The translations under genes and the position numbers were made by a program. DNA of 64,000 nucleotides, taken from positions 43,958,001 to 44,022,000 of the forward strand of contig NC_043001.1 of the NCBI RefSeq assembly GCF_006345805.1, read 5' to 3'. The notes beneath the pieces are model-generated. The model had not been told where the DNA came from, made no database searches, and was given only the letters and a program-made list of their open reading frames with translations. Below, piece by piece: positions 25,583-38,599 of this stretch. The DNA comes from Octopus sinensis (taxonomy: Eukaryota). Each line of letters begins with the position of its first letter. Position 1 is the first letter of the stretch.

Positions 25583-25778
25583 CATTTATTTATATTTTAC
25601 GCTATGTTTTAATGGAGTTTATCGCTTCACATTGCACAACAAGCGAGGAAGAGAATTTAATTTTGCAACATTTTATCATATATAACATGAATAAAGGAAG
25701 AAAGCTAACTACGTTTACAGAATCAAATTGTTTGATTTTCTGCTTTTTCGAACTCTCTCTCTCTCTCTCTCTCTCTCC

Positions 25779-25849
<71 letters not shown>

Positions 25850-26035
25850 ATATATATATACGCACACATATAATTGAATAACTGGGAGTCAACAAGGAGT
25901 ACAGAGGAACATTATCTGTAATCACTACAATTGTTTCCACACAACGTAGTTCTCCAGGTTCTCAGGTATTTGGTTATGTTACCTTTCTCCGCATTGTGAG
26001 GTCTTGTGTGTTTCATCAGGTGATATATATATAAA

Positions 26036-26080
<45 letters not shown>

Positions 26081-26224
26081 TCTCTGTTACGTAAATTCAA
26101 ATTTTCGGCTTCGACCGCATCCTTTCTATCTGTCCCATTACAGATATGCGAGGTGGTAGTACCACTCAGTATATCAAAATGTATATTGTGGTTGAAAGTC
26201 TGTTGGTGAATCTGCTTTAAATGT

Positions 26225-26602
26225 GGAAGCACTCCGTCGGTTACGACGACGAGGGTTCCTGTTGATCCGAATCAACGGAACAGCCTGCTCGTGAAATTAA
26301 CGTGTAAGTGGCTGAGCACTCCACAGACACGTGTACCCATAACGTAGTTCTCGGGGATATTCAGCGTGAAACAGAGAGTGACAAGTCCAACCCTTTGAAA
26401 TACAGGTACAACAGAAACAGAAAGTAAGAGAAAGTTGTGGTGAAAGAGTACAGCAGGGATCACTACCATCCCCGGCCGGAGCATCGTGGAGCTTTAGGTG
26501 TTTTCGCTCAATAAACACTCACAACGCCCGGGCTGGGAATCGAAACCGCGATCTTATGACCGCAAGTCCGCTGCCCTAACCACTGGGCCATTGCGCCTCC
26601 AC
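26225..26602 (-). mobile_element. Full-length tRNA-derived SINE with 11-bp TSD
   Basis: Minus-strand head GTGGAGGCGCAATGGCCCAGTGGTTAGGGC...GGTTTCGATTCCC (A/B boxes). TSD GCTTTAAATGT at 26214-26224 and 26603-26613. Confidence 0.9.
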
Positions 26603-26948
26603 GCTTTAAATGTATAGATGAAGTGGTAAGATGGCAATGGTATGGATGGTAAGTATTGAGGTTCATATTAAAGGGAGTGTCAATCTATTTCTTTGTTCTG
26701 TTAATACGTTCTTCATGGTCAGTTACATTTATAATTGTCATTGGCTGACCTTCAAGAATTCACCGGTCATTCAGTTGACGAGCTTACATGTAGATATACA
26801 TCGTTCTATATAGTTCTACATATATTCCCATCCGTATGTACACACATACTCTCGTCTATCTATATACGCATACGTACGCCCTTACAACTTTACATATATA
26901 CGCTCATGTACGCTACACATACGAATTCACACAACACACACACACACC

Positions 26949-27014
<66 letters not shown>

Positions 27015-27106
27015 ACATAGGTGTGTATATATATATATACTTATGCTTGTAAAACACACACACAAATATATATGCATATATACTCATGCGTGCGCATATA
27101 CATACA

Positions 27107-27245
27107 TACGAAGCTTGTTCTCAACAAATGGCTCGGGGTTCAGTCCCACTGCGTGGCACCTTGGGCAAGTGTCTTCTTCTATAGCCACCGGCCGACCAAA
27201 GCCTTGTGAGTGGATTTGGTGGACAGAAACTGAAAGAAGCCCGTC

Positions 27246-27309
<64 letters not shown>

Positions 27310-27562
27310 CCGTAATAATGAAGGGTGAAATTAATTAATTTGGAAAAAATATCAATTACACCAAGTAGTCTTCGGCATGTAAAAGCCTCATTCGAGGAAA
27401 TTTAAGTAATACTAAGCAATAAGGGTTTAGCAACGAGTTGCCTTACCACATACCGAATTTAGAAATAGCAGTCAAAGGGTTATAGCTATTTCTTCTACTA
27501 AAAAGGGAGATCTCAGTAAAAAACAGCATTTGGAAGGCAGACACAAACAGGTAAGAGAGAAA

Positions 27563-27611
<49 letters not shown>

Positions 27612-27808
27612 GTGTTTGTTCCTCCATCATCGCTGACAAACCAATGTTGGTTTGTTTACGTGCCCGTAACTTAGCGGCTCGGCAAAGGAACCGATAGAAT
27701 AAGTACCAGACTTATAAGGCATACGTCCAGGGGTCGATTTCTCGACTAAAAGATGGTGCTCCAGTATGGGCACTGTCAAAATGACTGAAGCAAGTAAAAG
27801 AATAAAAG
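27107..27808 (+). mobile_element. Composite SINE whose internal (TA)n is interrupted by the microsatellite-anchored element
   Basis: Head about 27107-27246, then (TA)n, insert 27310-27565, (TA)n, and the 3' module about 27610-27808. Confidence 0.75.
27310..27527 (-). mobile_element. Second copy of the 22127-22351 element, opposite orientation
   Basis: Reverse complement matches 22130-22351 with only a few substitutions and indels. Its 3' end abuts (TA)n. Confidence 0.85.
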
Positions 27809-28007
27809 AATATACACATTCGTCCACATATATACATACGCACGCACACCCATACATATGTATATGTATATATATATAATATATATATATTATATATATA
27901 TATATATATACATGCGTGGCATCTTGGGCAAGTGTCTTCTGCGATAGCCCCGGGTGACCAATGCCTTGTGAGTGGATTTGGTAGACGGAAACTGAAAGAA
28001 GCCTGTC

Positions 28008-28072
<65 letters not shown>

Positions 28073-28076
<4 letters not shown>

Positions 28077-28540
28077 GAGATAGGGGTGTAAATTCAACCC
28101 TCCATGGGATAACATATATCCAATATACTGTTAATACAACAAACCTAATACATAAATGTTAAAAATTGCGATGCAATTAATTCATCTACTGTATTATGTG
28201 GGCAAAGGTAAAATTATTACCGTCAATTAATAATACAAAATGAGAAAATGGAGAAATATATCTAAATCAATCATCAACCATCAGATAATACCCAATCAAT
28301 ACTTTATTAAACCATTACACAATAGCAATGATATTATACATTAACATAGTACAAATATAACAAGACATAGAAATAGAAATAGAAATACTGTATTTCTATT
28401 TCTATTTCTATGTCTTGTTATATTTGTACTATGTTAATGTATAATGTCATTGCTATTGTGTAGTGGTTTAATAAAGTATTGATTGGGTATTATCTGATGG
28501 TTGATGATTGATTTAGATATATTTCTCCATTTTCTCATTT

Positions 28541-28545
<5 letters not shown>
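28073..28545 (-). mobile_element. (TA)n-anchored element with a 156-bp-arm fold-back (28233-28545)
   Basis: Arms symmetric about T28389 with 2 mismatches. (TA)n lies on both sides. The terminal motif AATTTACACCCCTATCTCATTA is on the minus strand. Confidence 0.8.
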
Positions 28546-28578
<33 letters not shown>

Positions 28579-28789
28579 TGTATGTGTATATATATATATA
28601 TACACACATACATGCATACATATATATATACACACACACGCGCGTGCACAAACACACACATGTGCGTATGTATATATACACATCTGCACACAGACATATA
28701 CGCATCCGTACGTACGCTTACCCATACAATACATAATGAAGGAAATTGTTGTATACAGTACTCAAGTGTACTACAACTAAAAAAAAAAA

Positions 28790-29990
28790 CACATAAAGAA
28801 CAGGCCATCAAGTGCACTGATGGAGGATTTCATGAAGCATGGTAGTTTTGAAGGATGTAGTGTCTCGACAGTTAACAACTGATGCGGGTAGTTTATTCCA
28901 TGCTTCAACAATTCTGAACGTGGAAAAATGTTTCCGAAAGTCATGGGTGCTGCGTTGTTTTTGATTTTATAAACATGTCCTCAGTGTTTGTCATATGAAA
29001 TTCAAAAATTGGCTCAAAGATGGTAGATAATCTTGTGGGTGTCTACTAAGGCAGTTGCCAGACATCTGAGCTTCAAATGTATCCATGCCCCCACCCGAGG
29101 AAGCAGGATGCTCAGAGTATGATAGATGTCTGACGGCGGGTATTCGTTTTGTTGCACGTTTGTGAACAGTTTCCAGGAGATTTATATGCTGAGCAAGATA
29201 GGGGTTCCAGACTAGTGATGCAAATTCCAAGTATGGACATATTATTGTCGTATACAATTTTAAATAGATAACTAGAGAGCGGCTGACAAAGGTCTTACTG
29301 GATAATGCTAGCACCCCATCAACCTTCTTGACAACGTGGTTTGTCCAACGCAGATCGTTGTTTACAATAATGCCCAAATCACGTCCGCTAGAAGACTTCT
29401 TAAGATCGGTGTTACTGAGGGAGTATGTAAAGGCTGGATTTTCCCTCCCAAAATGTATGGTGATGCACTTGTCCACAGCTAGCTTGAGTTGCCAGTCAGA
29501 GAACCATTGCTGCATTGTTTCCAGGTCTGATTGCAGGAAAGGTCTATAGCGCATAGGATCTGTTCTTTTTATTTCGAGGTACAGCAAGATGTCATCTGCA
29601 CATTTCAGCTCTGTGACCTTTTTCAAGTTAGCATCTATATCATTAATATACAAAACAAACAGTAGAGGTCCAGTAATTTGATCCTTGTGGTACACCAAAA
29701 ATCATCTCGCAGGGTGAAGAATGATGTCCTAGAACCGTAACTACCTCTTCAGCCAGTTATAGAGATCATCCTTCACACCCATTGTAGAGAGTTTTACCAC
29801 GAGTCGTTTGTGCGGTACAGAGTTGAAGGCTTTAGCAAAATCAAGGTAGACAGCATCCACCCGTGAGCCGCCACAAGTAATTCGGGTGATGTACTCAAGA
29901 AACTCAATTTGGGATAAAACCAAATTGAAAGGGCTGAAAAAGGCTGTGGGAGCTCTAAATGTTCAAGAGTGTTTCTCTGACATAGGACTC
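28790..29990 (-). pseudogene. 5'-truncated CR1/L2-type LINE reverse transcriptase
   Basis: VDAVYLDFAKAFNSVPH, GPLLFVLYINDI, KCADDILLY, RDLGIIVNNDLRW and ICPYLEFASLVWNP, with frameshifts. Confidence 0.9.
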
Positions 29991-30002
29991 TATCAGTTTG
30001 GC

Positions 30003-30066
30003 GATGTGCGATCACAAGTGATGTGCGATCACAGGTGATGTGCGATCACAGGTGATGTGCGATCAC
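30003..30066. repeat. 17-bp tandem repeat GATGTGCGATCACA(A/G)GT, about 3.8 copies
   Basis: Units start at 30003, 30020, 30037 and 30054. Confidence 0.9.
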
Positions 30067-30268
30067 CTCTTTTGAACAGGGGAACGACACTGGCAATTTT
30101 CCAGGGCTCTGGATTGGCACAGTTGTTAAGGCAGAATTGAAAAAAGGAAGAAAGCTAGTGCAAAACACATAGGAGCACATACACACACACATGTATATAC
30201 GTACATTCCCATACATACACACACGTGCGTGCGTTTGCATACACACCCCATATATATATATATATATA

Positions 30269-30317
<49 letters not shown>

Positions 30318-30332
30318 ATATTATATACATAA

Positions 30333-30407
<75 letters not shown>

Positions 30408-30418
30408 TATATAATATA

Positions 30419-30545
30419 ATTCGAGACAAAACCACAGTGGTTTTGTCTCGAATATATTATATAATATTTTACTATAAAATTGGATTTAACCCTAAATCTG
30501 ATCTTTCCCTGTAAATTTGGATTCATTCCCTAATATTTATTATTA
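30419..30545 (+). mobile_element. Short (TA)n-anchored insert with a 17-bp fold-back at its 5' end
   Basis: ATTCGAGACAAAACCAC-A-GTGGTTTTGTCTCGAAT (30419-30453). The 3' end TTCATTCCCTAATATTTATTA abuts (TA)n. Confidence 0.6.
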
Positions 30546-30583
30546 TATATATATATATATATTATATATATATATATATAATA

Positions 30584-30899
30584 TATATAGTGAAAATAAT
30601 TAAAGGGCGGGCAGCAGGCTGCCTCACCGCATACCGAAGGAATTAGAAATGGCAGTCAAAGACTGTTTTTTCCATTTTCTATAAGTGGATTTTCCAAATA
30701 CGACGAACCCTGCGATTCACATACGCAAAAACGGTATGCGGCGAGGCAGCCTGCTGCCCGCCCTTTAATTATTTTCACTATATACTGAACTTTCCAGAAG
30801 TTCCTGACGATAAATTTGTCATATTTACATACCGAAATTTACCGGTAAATAATTGTTGGTTATATGAAAAACCACTGAAAATTATTTACCATTTTTATT
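30584..30899 (+). mobile_element. (TA)n-anchored element with an inverted 5' duplication (53-bp arms, 95-nt spacer)
   Basis: 30584-30636 is the reverse complement of 30732-30784 (1 mismatch). It shares CCGCATACCGAA...TTAGAAATGGCAGTCAAAG with the 22 kb and 27 kb copies. Confidence 0.8.
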
Positions 30900-31089
30900 A
30901 TATATATATATATATAGATAGATAGATAGACACAGGCAAGTACACATGTATACATATACACACACTCGCATGTACACATATTAAGATAGCGATGTGGGTG
31001 TTATGATATTTTTGGTAAGTTAGTATAAGAAAGAATGAGGGGAGGTGAGAGGAGAGGGAGGAAGTTTACTGTATTATTGTTATTCTTTT

Positions 31090-31400
31090 ATGCAGTGTCA
31101 GAATAATGTATATTTCAATCGGTGGCAACATCTCGGAATTTTCTCATTGTTTGTTCTCTGGGATTTCTGTGCTCTTCAAGGCGCAAGTCACAAACCCCGG
31201 ATAATATATTATACGGGTGTGCATTTTTTTATGGACCATTCGATTTCATATTCTATTTTTTCTTCTTTTAGTTTCCATATTTGGTCCGTTAGTGACGTTG
31301 CGTGTCCAGATCTACATTGTTTCCGCTTCCAGTGTCTTTATTTTCATGGTACAAAGGTATTCCGACAGCAGATGTGTCCTACTTCTGCAGCAGACGACCG
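31090..31400 (-). mobile_element. Penelope-like element C-terminal remnant
   Basis: Minus-strand TSLTDQIWKLKKK..EYEIEWSIKK..HPYNILSGVCDLRLEE...CCHRLKY matches the PLE post-GIY-YIG IWxLK/CxLCLxEK/CxH pattern. Confidence 0.65.
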
Positions 31401-32707
31401 GATAATCGGTTTCTTGGACTCTCATGACAAAGTACCTACATAATTTGTACTTATATAATTCAAATTACGATGACCGTAAACAAACAAAAACGAAGTTTGC
31501 TTTTAGAAGCGTTGAGATGACTTAAAAAGTTAAAGAAGTGATTTAAAATTTTTAAACGCAGAATAATGCTAATAGCCTGAACAGGATAAGCTACCCCTAT
31601 TTTGCAGAAAAAAAAGTGTTAGCGGATATATATATAAATTTTGTACGGCTCTCTTATTCTTTAATTCTTTCTTTCTTTCTGTCAGCCCCTTCACACTTCG
31701 TTCTTTCCACTCTTCTTTCTTTCCCCCTCTCATACATTTCCTGGCTTTCTCTTCTTTCTCACCTTCTCTCCTCTTTCACTTCACTCTGTTCCTTTTTTCT
31801 CGTCCTTCCCTAATTCTTCTGTCCTTCTGCCTCTACCTCTCTCCTCTTTCTCTTTCCACCGGCGTTCGGCCAAGCCTGACCTTTCTTTCTTGGTTCGACT
31901 ACTATCCGTGCAACATCTATATTCCTCCCCATACCTGTCATCTCTTATGTCCCTGCCGTAAGGCTTCACTTCCACACACACCGGCTTAATTTAATTCGTC
32001 CTTAGTCGAAAGACACCTGTTGTTATGTCTTGCTATTTGCATTTATATTTGTGTATCATTTCTCCGGTTCTTTTTCTATCCTTGTTTTCGTATACATTCG
32101 CTGCTTTCTTCCAAGGAATCTAGTGCTCTTAGCTTAGTTTTTCCTTTGGGCTGGCCAGATTGGAGCAATCTCGAGTATAACCAGTCGAAATTGCAAAGAA
32201 AATCAGGAACTCGACTGAGGAAAGAAAACTTCGAATGACTCGTCCATGTATTTTCTTGTCCCTTTTTTGTATCATCTAGCTGTCTGGATGTTTTGCGATC
32301 TTGTCTCATTTTTTGTATTCCTTTTTATATATATTTATATACATGGCTGTGAAACTATGAAAATCATAGGTTTGAGGGTGTAAGTCAACAAATGTGATGG
32401 TGTGTGAAAATTGGTGGTATGTTTTCGCAATTAGAAAATGAAACTGTAATAAAGTTTAAGTTGTCAGTCAGCGAGGTAGTGTATGATTGTGTGAGTGTGA
32501 TACGGTTGTTGAACAGCAAAAAATTGGAAAGTATGAATGCTTTTTAAAAAAAACCCCAAAAAAACGAGGTTTTTGATGCATAAAATTCTGAGAAGACAGA
32601 ACAGAAATTAACTGGATATACGTAAGTGTGAAGTGGAGAAGAGGCGGGGATCGGTTGTCGTAGAGATTATCAGTGAATATATGTTTGTACATATATGGAC
32701 ACTTGAA

Positions 32708-32970
32708 TGCATGCATGTGTATGTATGTATGTATGTATGTATGTATGTATGTACGTATGTATGTATGTATGTATGTATGCATGTATGTATGTACGTATGT
32801 ATGTATGTATGTATGTAAGTATGCATGCATGTATGTATGTACGTATGTACGTACGTATGTATGTATGTATGTATGTATGTATGTATGTATGTATGTATGT
32901 ATGTATGTATGTATGTATGTATGTATGTACGTACGTATGTGTGTGTGCTTATGTATGTATATGTGTGTGT
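32708..32970. repeat. (TATG)n microsatellite
   Basis: Direct tandem repeats. Confidence 0.95.
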
Positions 32971-35739
32971 GAACAGAGAGGAAACATACCTGAAGAAGTT
33001 GTTGATTAAGTATTTAGTTACGTCATCAGACACGTGTTTTATTAGCAATAATATCTGTTATATAAGGAAAAACCTAAGCAGATTACATTATCAAATCTTC
33101 AGAGATTGCGTAACAAACGTAAAGAAACTTTAACATTTAAAATGGACACAGAACAGTATTATGGTATCAGCCACCATAAATACTGTAATTATAGTCAGTG
33201 CTACTATAACACACGCTATGTTCCTGTGAATCGAGCTTGTGTTTTGCTTCATCCTTCAGTTTAGGATATTCCAGTGAACTCTGGTAGGAGAGTAAATCAA
33301 TTATTCACACAAACTGTCTTACCTTGATGAATAGTAATTGTAGTTCGATAGGAGTTGATCGCTTCATAGTAACATAGCAAGATAAACAGAGAGATATGCA
33401 GACAGCAGGTGGATGAAAAGCTAATGGACTAGTAAAAAGAATTAGTAAAGACAAATAGGGTGAAATAAACGCACAGTATTTCATTTGAATTTTAAGTTGT
33501 AAAGAAATGCTGAAGCAATGATTCAGATATTAGTAGGTATTAAGGCATTAGTGTTGAGTTGCCAAAATTATATTCTTATATCTACCTTTAGAAGGTGTCA
33601 GAGTGTGAAAGTCACGTTAATGTACTCTGGAATTATTGAGACGGTCCCAGCCATAATCTTAGGATCATATCATTTTTCTGATATTTCTGGTTTTGAGTTC
33701 AGTTACGCATCTAATGATTTTGGGGGTTTTAATACGAACCTTTTTCAGTAGTGCACAAATCGTAGTTTTTATTGCTGTTCCTGTATGGCCTAAACCTTTC
33801 TAGAATTCTCCCTTTTACACAATTGTTTGGGACTGCTTATTTGAATACCCAGATGTAAGTGGAGAGTTTAGTCGCAAGTAGTGTCTCGCTGTTCCATGAT
33901 TATAGTATTATGTCTTAAGTTACCCTTTGATTATTCCAAACACCGATTGATAGAGTTTCTTCAGTTGGGGTATAAACACTCAACTGCTTAGTAGACACCA
34001 GTATTGGCATTGCCGGAGCTGTCCATGGAATAATCATTAATATTTCTGCAGGAAGAGCTTCATAGACTGCCCTTTTCTAGATACTAGAATTACCTGCCCA
34101 ACTTTAAAAATATCAGAGAATGACACACGACAAAACTCTCTAACTACATCTGGTTTTTGAAAGAAATTGCCTCATGCAACAGAGTAAAATAATAAAATAC
34201 CAGAAAGATCGATGCCATAAAGGAACGGCAGGAAAAAAGCCTCCTGAAATTTATGCACTTCTGAGAAGAGGCTGGTATTTTAACCCTAGACCAGCTAGAC
34301 ATCTACCTGAACACAAAATTAGAAATACTAGGAAAATGCACACATGAACGGAAATACATCCTTAAATCATAATCAGAATTACCCTGATAACTTCACAACA
34401 CACTAACAATCGTACCTGTGTTCCTGTTTAGCGTATATGCTATATCAGTAACTCAACACTTAACATATAACATGGAACTTCTAATACTTGACTCTTTGCT
34501 TCGGTTGTTCCTCTTTTTTCCTAAATAATCTACTCTCTCTCTCCACCCCCCCTCTCTCTCTCTCCCTCTCCCTCTCTCTCTCTCTTCTTGTTAGCATTTT
34601 CTTTTAGACATAGTTACTGATAAAAAGAAAGAAAACAACTACTTTGGACGGATAACTGACTTAGTCTAATTCCTGATTCCATTGAGATACCCAAAATACA
34701 CCGAACTCTCTCAATAACGTCTTGTTTATTCTGGAATGGAAAAAGGAACTGTGAGAGGCAGAAGGCCAGGTGGGCGTGATTATGTAATATGACAATTACA
34801 TGCAAAAAACTGTAACAGCTCTAGATCTTAGAATCTTTGCTTTTGATTGTGTTACATTACATCCTACCATCCGGTATTGAGTGCTGTCGCCTCGGACATA
34901 TTCTTATTTCAGTTGTATATGCTCGTGTGTATGCCCTACGTATATATATATAAATACGCTCAAGCACGCATGCGCGCACTCTCTTTGTCTCTCTCTCTCA
35001 CACACACACACACATACAAATACACATATATGAATATATTTTTGTGTATGTGAAGATTAGTTGATGTTATTGAGGTTATCTCCCTTGTTTTTTGTCTTTG
35101 GCTATTTTAAATACCACCAAGGACTATTTTTGTCTTTTAATTACAAGGATAATCCCTGTTATTCGAAAAATTTTCAACTCATTCTATTGCATACACGAGA
35201 CTCTATAGTATAGGCACTTACTATTTACTAATAAGGCTACCCTAAGGTATTTCCCCAAATCCTATTATTGATAACCATAACCAGCATCGCTACATCCTCT
35301 TTATTTCTACGTGTGCTTGTATGTCTAGTAAACGCACACACAAACACACACATGCACACACGTGTATGTATATGTATGTATATATGTATGTAATTATGTA
35401 TGTATGTAAATATCTATGTATTTACACGAACATACATATAGTTCTTGAACAAAACATTTCATTTCGCGTTGCCCCAGTCCACTCAGCTGTAAATGGGTAG
35501 TAACCTTGCAACAGACAGGCGTACAAAAGTGAAATAGTGACTCAGGAAAATCATCCCAAAACAGAGGTCTCGTGAGCCGCGTTTTGTAAGGTTGAGTAGT
35601 ACAACCCATACTATGAATCCCGAGTGGTTGGGATTGGTTGTTTAGCTATGTCGCCGTTGGATTTACATAAAATTCATGATGTCCAGAAGTCATCATATGG
35701 AACTGAATGCAATAGTGGGAAAAGGAACTGGAAAGGCCT

Positions 35740-37060
35740 TACGTTGGATATCAAAACGTTTTAAATAGGTTTGATGCGGGAGAAAAGAAATTAGCCATAT
35801 TGCCAAGCCATTAAAGCTTGCAACGTTTACAGTAGGAACAAAAATGGCAACAGAGAGAAAATTAAGTGCTCTAGAAGCAACTCTGTTAACTACTCGGGCC
35901 TTAGTTTTTCATAGATCTAATATTATACTTAAAATGGAACGGCCCTCAAAAGTATGAATCGAGGATCATACTCAACGTAATGTGCCGATAAGCAAGATGG
36001 TAATGAAAAGGAAGTCGAATATTTGTATGAGAAAAAAGGAAAGTGAAGCTTCTAATGAAAAATTTTTTCTGGCTAGCAAAGGCTGGTTTGAAAGCTTTAA
36101 GAAGTGTTTGAATTTGCACCACACAAAAATGATTAAGAGGCTGATAGTATTTATTATTCCCAGCAAATGAAAAAAACAAACACAAAAAAAAAAAAAAACA
36201 GTACATACCTGCTAGAACTTTTATTCTCGAGAAGAAAATTAACACTAGAACCTAATGTTTCCAAAAGTCGCCCGACCATTCTTCTGGGTGGGGGGAAATG
36301 CCGCAGGTGATATGAAATAGGAGACCCAACTCCTGTATCACTTCGAAAATCCATAGGCTTTCAAGGTTACGCAAAGTTTAATATACTTCTGATTTGGCAT
36401 TCATGAAGGCATAGATAATTAAGGAGAACCTTTTCTCCTTTTAAAAGACAATGCCCCTAATCACCCAGTGAATTTATACGAGCTTTCTGATAACGTGAGA
36501 TAAGAATATACCCCCAAGCATGCAACTTTTTTGTTCCAGCCAATGGATCGAGGCTCGCTGGCCGATTACAAAGAACATTATCAAAACTTATGAAAGCGAC
36601 TGATAGTGGGGGAGGGGGATAAACCTACAATTAGAGACTTCTGGAAGAAGTTCAAGATAATGGATGCTGTGGATAACATAGCTGAGTGAAACGGTCAGCT
36701 TTGAATGGTGCGCGAAAAAATATATGGCTAGATTGTATCCGTGGTATTCCACGTTTTCCACCAGTAGAAAATCCACACCAAATTCGGAAAGATATTTTGA
36801 CTGTCGCAAATGATACAGGGTTGGAAGAAGTCATAAAGGATCTCGTGGATGAGTTGCTAGTGACCCATAGAGAAAGTTTATATAACGAAGAACTGATGCT
36901 GTCACAACCAGAGCAAGCTGAGAATACAGATAGGAATACGAGAATTCCACTAACTTTACTTAAATTCTCCGCAAAGAATAATGCTAAAGGCTTGGTATTC
37001 ATAGAAAAAGGTCTGCATTTTTTGCAACTATTATCGTGAACGTTACATAAAAGGTACAAG
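35740..37060 (+). pseudogene. Decayed pogo/Tigger (CENP-B-like, DDE_1) transposase
   Basis: FLASKGWFESFKK, DNAPNHP, FQPMD and TIRDFWKKFKIMDAVDNIAE motifs, plus an N-terminal HTH remnant near 35750. Confidence 0.8.
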
Positions 37061-37699
37061 AGGTGTTTACAACAAACTTAGATTCTACTTTGGGCTATAC
37101 GAAGAGATGGTGCTTCATAAACATAAAACAATTTTGCCTAAATTCTTCGCCCGTGAAGCAAATGTTGGTTATGATGAAGTATAAGAGAAAATACTGTTCT
37201 TCCTACTCCCTGTCACTTTCATTCCGTCCTCCGATTACACAATTGTTAGCATCAAAGATGCTAACAACGTACCCTATTACAATTGTTATTTATTCCTTAA
37301 CAATTTCCTCTTCAAATGTTTTTAAGCACAGGTGTGTGTATGTTTATGTTTAGAAATTTTATATTCATGAATAAAAGTGGTCATGTTGCTTGATTTTCGT
37401 TCTCGTTATTTTTTCTCTCAAAAAATTATACATCAAAACGGATTCTCAGTTTATATGAAAATCAATGAGAAAATTAATTTCACAGCACAGAATTTTGTGT
37501 TATGAAAATATTTTCATATACACACTTCTCCCGTAATACAGGGGATGATATATAACATACATGTGTGTGTGTGTGTGTGTGTGTGTGCGTGCGCGCGCCA
37601 AATTCAAACGGCGAAAACAAATTCAAATGTATTTTTCTCTTGTATCAATATTAAGGATCGACACACTGATTTTTCTGAAATCGAAACCTTTTACCGAGC

Positions 37700-38390
37700 A
37701 CAACTTCACTTTTTGGCAGGGTCTCGATCTAAAAGCTGTTTGATATCCAATGTTATTTACTTAGAACTTTGCATCAAATTCCATTCTTTACCGAATTTTT
37801 CAATCGTGTGAACTTCTATTCCGACATTTGAATATCAGCTAGGAATGTGTCTAAACCTACAGATTATCTTGATTCGTCGAAAACAACCGGCTCGAATCAA
37901 ATCCCAGTCATTATGCTGAAAAACTTAACATGATATACCTCCAACCCCACTGACGTTCTACAATCGCATTTACAAAAAGTAACTTTCTATTTCATGGAAG
38001 AAGTCAGTAGTTTTTCTAGCATCAAAATCTCAGGTGACCGCTCCTCTCCATCTCAATATAGTTCAATTAACCTCTTAAGTAGTAAAAATAAGCTGTCTGA
38101 ATTATCATTAACAAGCATGTCATTAATTAATGGCATAAAGCCAGTCTCTTTAGAGACATGCAATATAGTTTTTCGGTCATTCAAATTCGTGAGTGATGAC
38201 ATACTTATAATCTTCACTCATAGGGTATGTAGTGCAACATACATCAGCTTTGGTGTGCACTCGGTAACAACTTTGACGCTCACGTTTTTGTTTTTGGCAT
38301 CTCCTAAGTATTTGCCAATAGAGTATAGCTTCTTAAGCTGTCGATGGCCTATGGCATTTCTATTCAAATATTTTCCATCAACAAATTTCT
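37700..38390 (+). pseudogene. LINE (CR1/Jockey-like) RT N-terminal remnant
   Basis: NFASNSIL, DSSKTTGSNQIPVIMLKNL, SGDRSSPSQYSSINLLS and FRSFKFVSDDILIIFTH correspond to conserved LINE RT subdomains 0-2. Confidence 0.7.
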
Positions 38391-38599
38391 AAGAAGAAAA
38401 AGTTTGAAAGTTGCCATCTGTATTTATGAACTCGGTACACATATAACACAAAGATCAATAATTTACCAAAGTAATAACATCCTCTGTTGATGAATTTACT
38501 GATAATACCACGATTTATCACCTCAATACTTGGTCCGAGTAGCTGATTTTTGCAGTAAATTGCAATGGGATCGACATACATACATACAGGCATACATAC

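Noticed and set aside
26560-26602. tRNA gene
   Set aside because: It is the tRNA-derived head of a SINE with a TSD; no complete cloverleaf.
30003-30066. CRISPR-like or CRP-operator-like repeats
   Set aside because: Head-to-tail with no spacers, eukaryotic context, no cas genes.
31097-31360. Plus-strand exon candidates with good acceptors
   Set aside because: Better explained as the antisense of a Penelope-like C-terminal remnant.
33300-34600. Possible decayed minus-strand LINE
   Set aside because: Too degenerate to show a diagnostic motif.
37720-37805. GPS-like reading WSRSKSC...CIKFHSLPNFSI that would link the 34750 donor to the TM1 side
   Set aside because: It lies within LINE RT homology in another frame, lacks the second Cys and the T/S cleavage residue, and has a weak donor. 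Likely coincidence from searching many frames.
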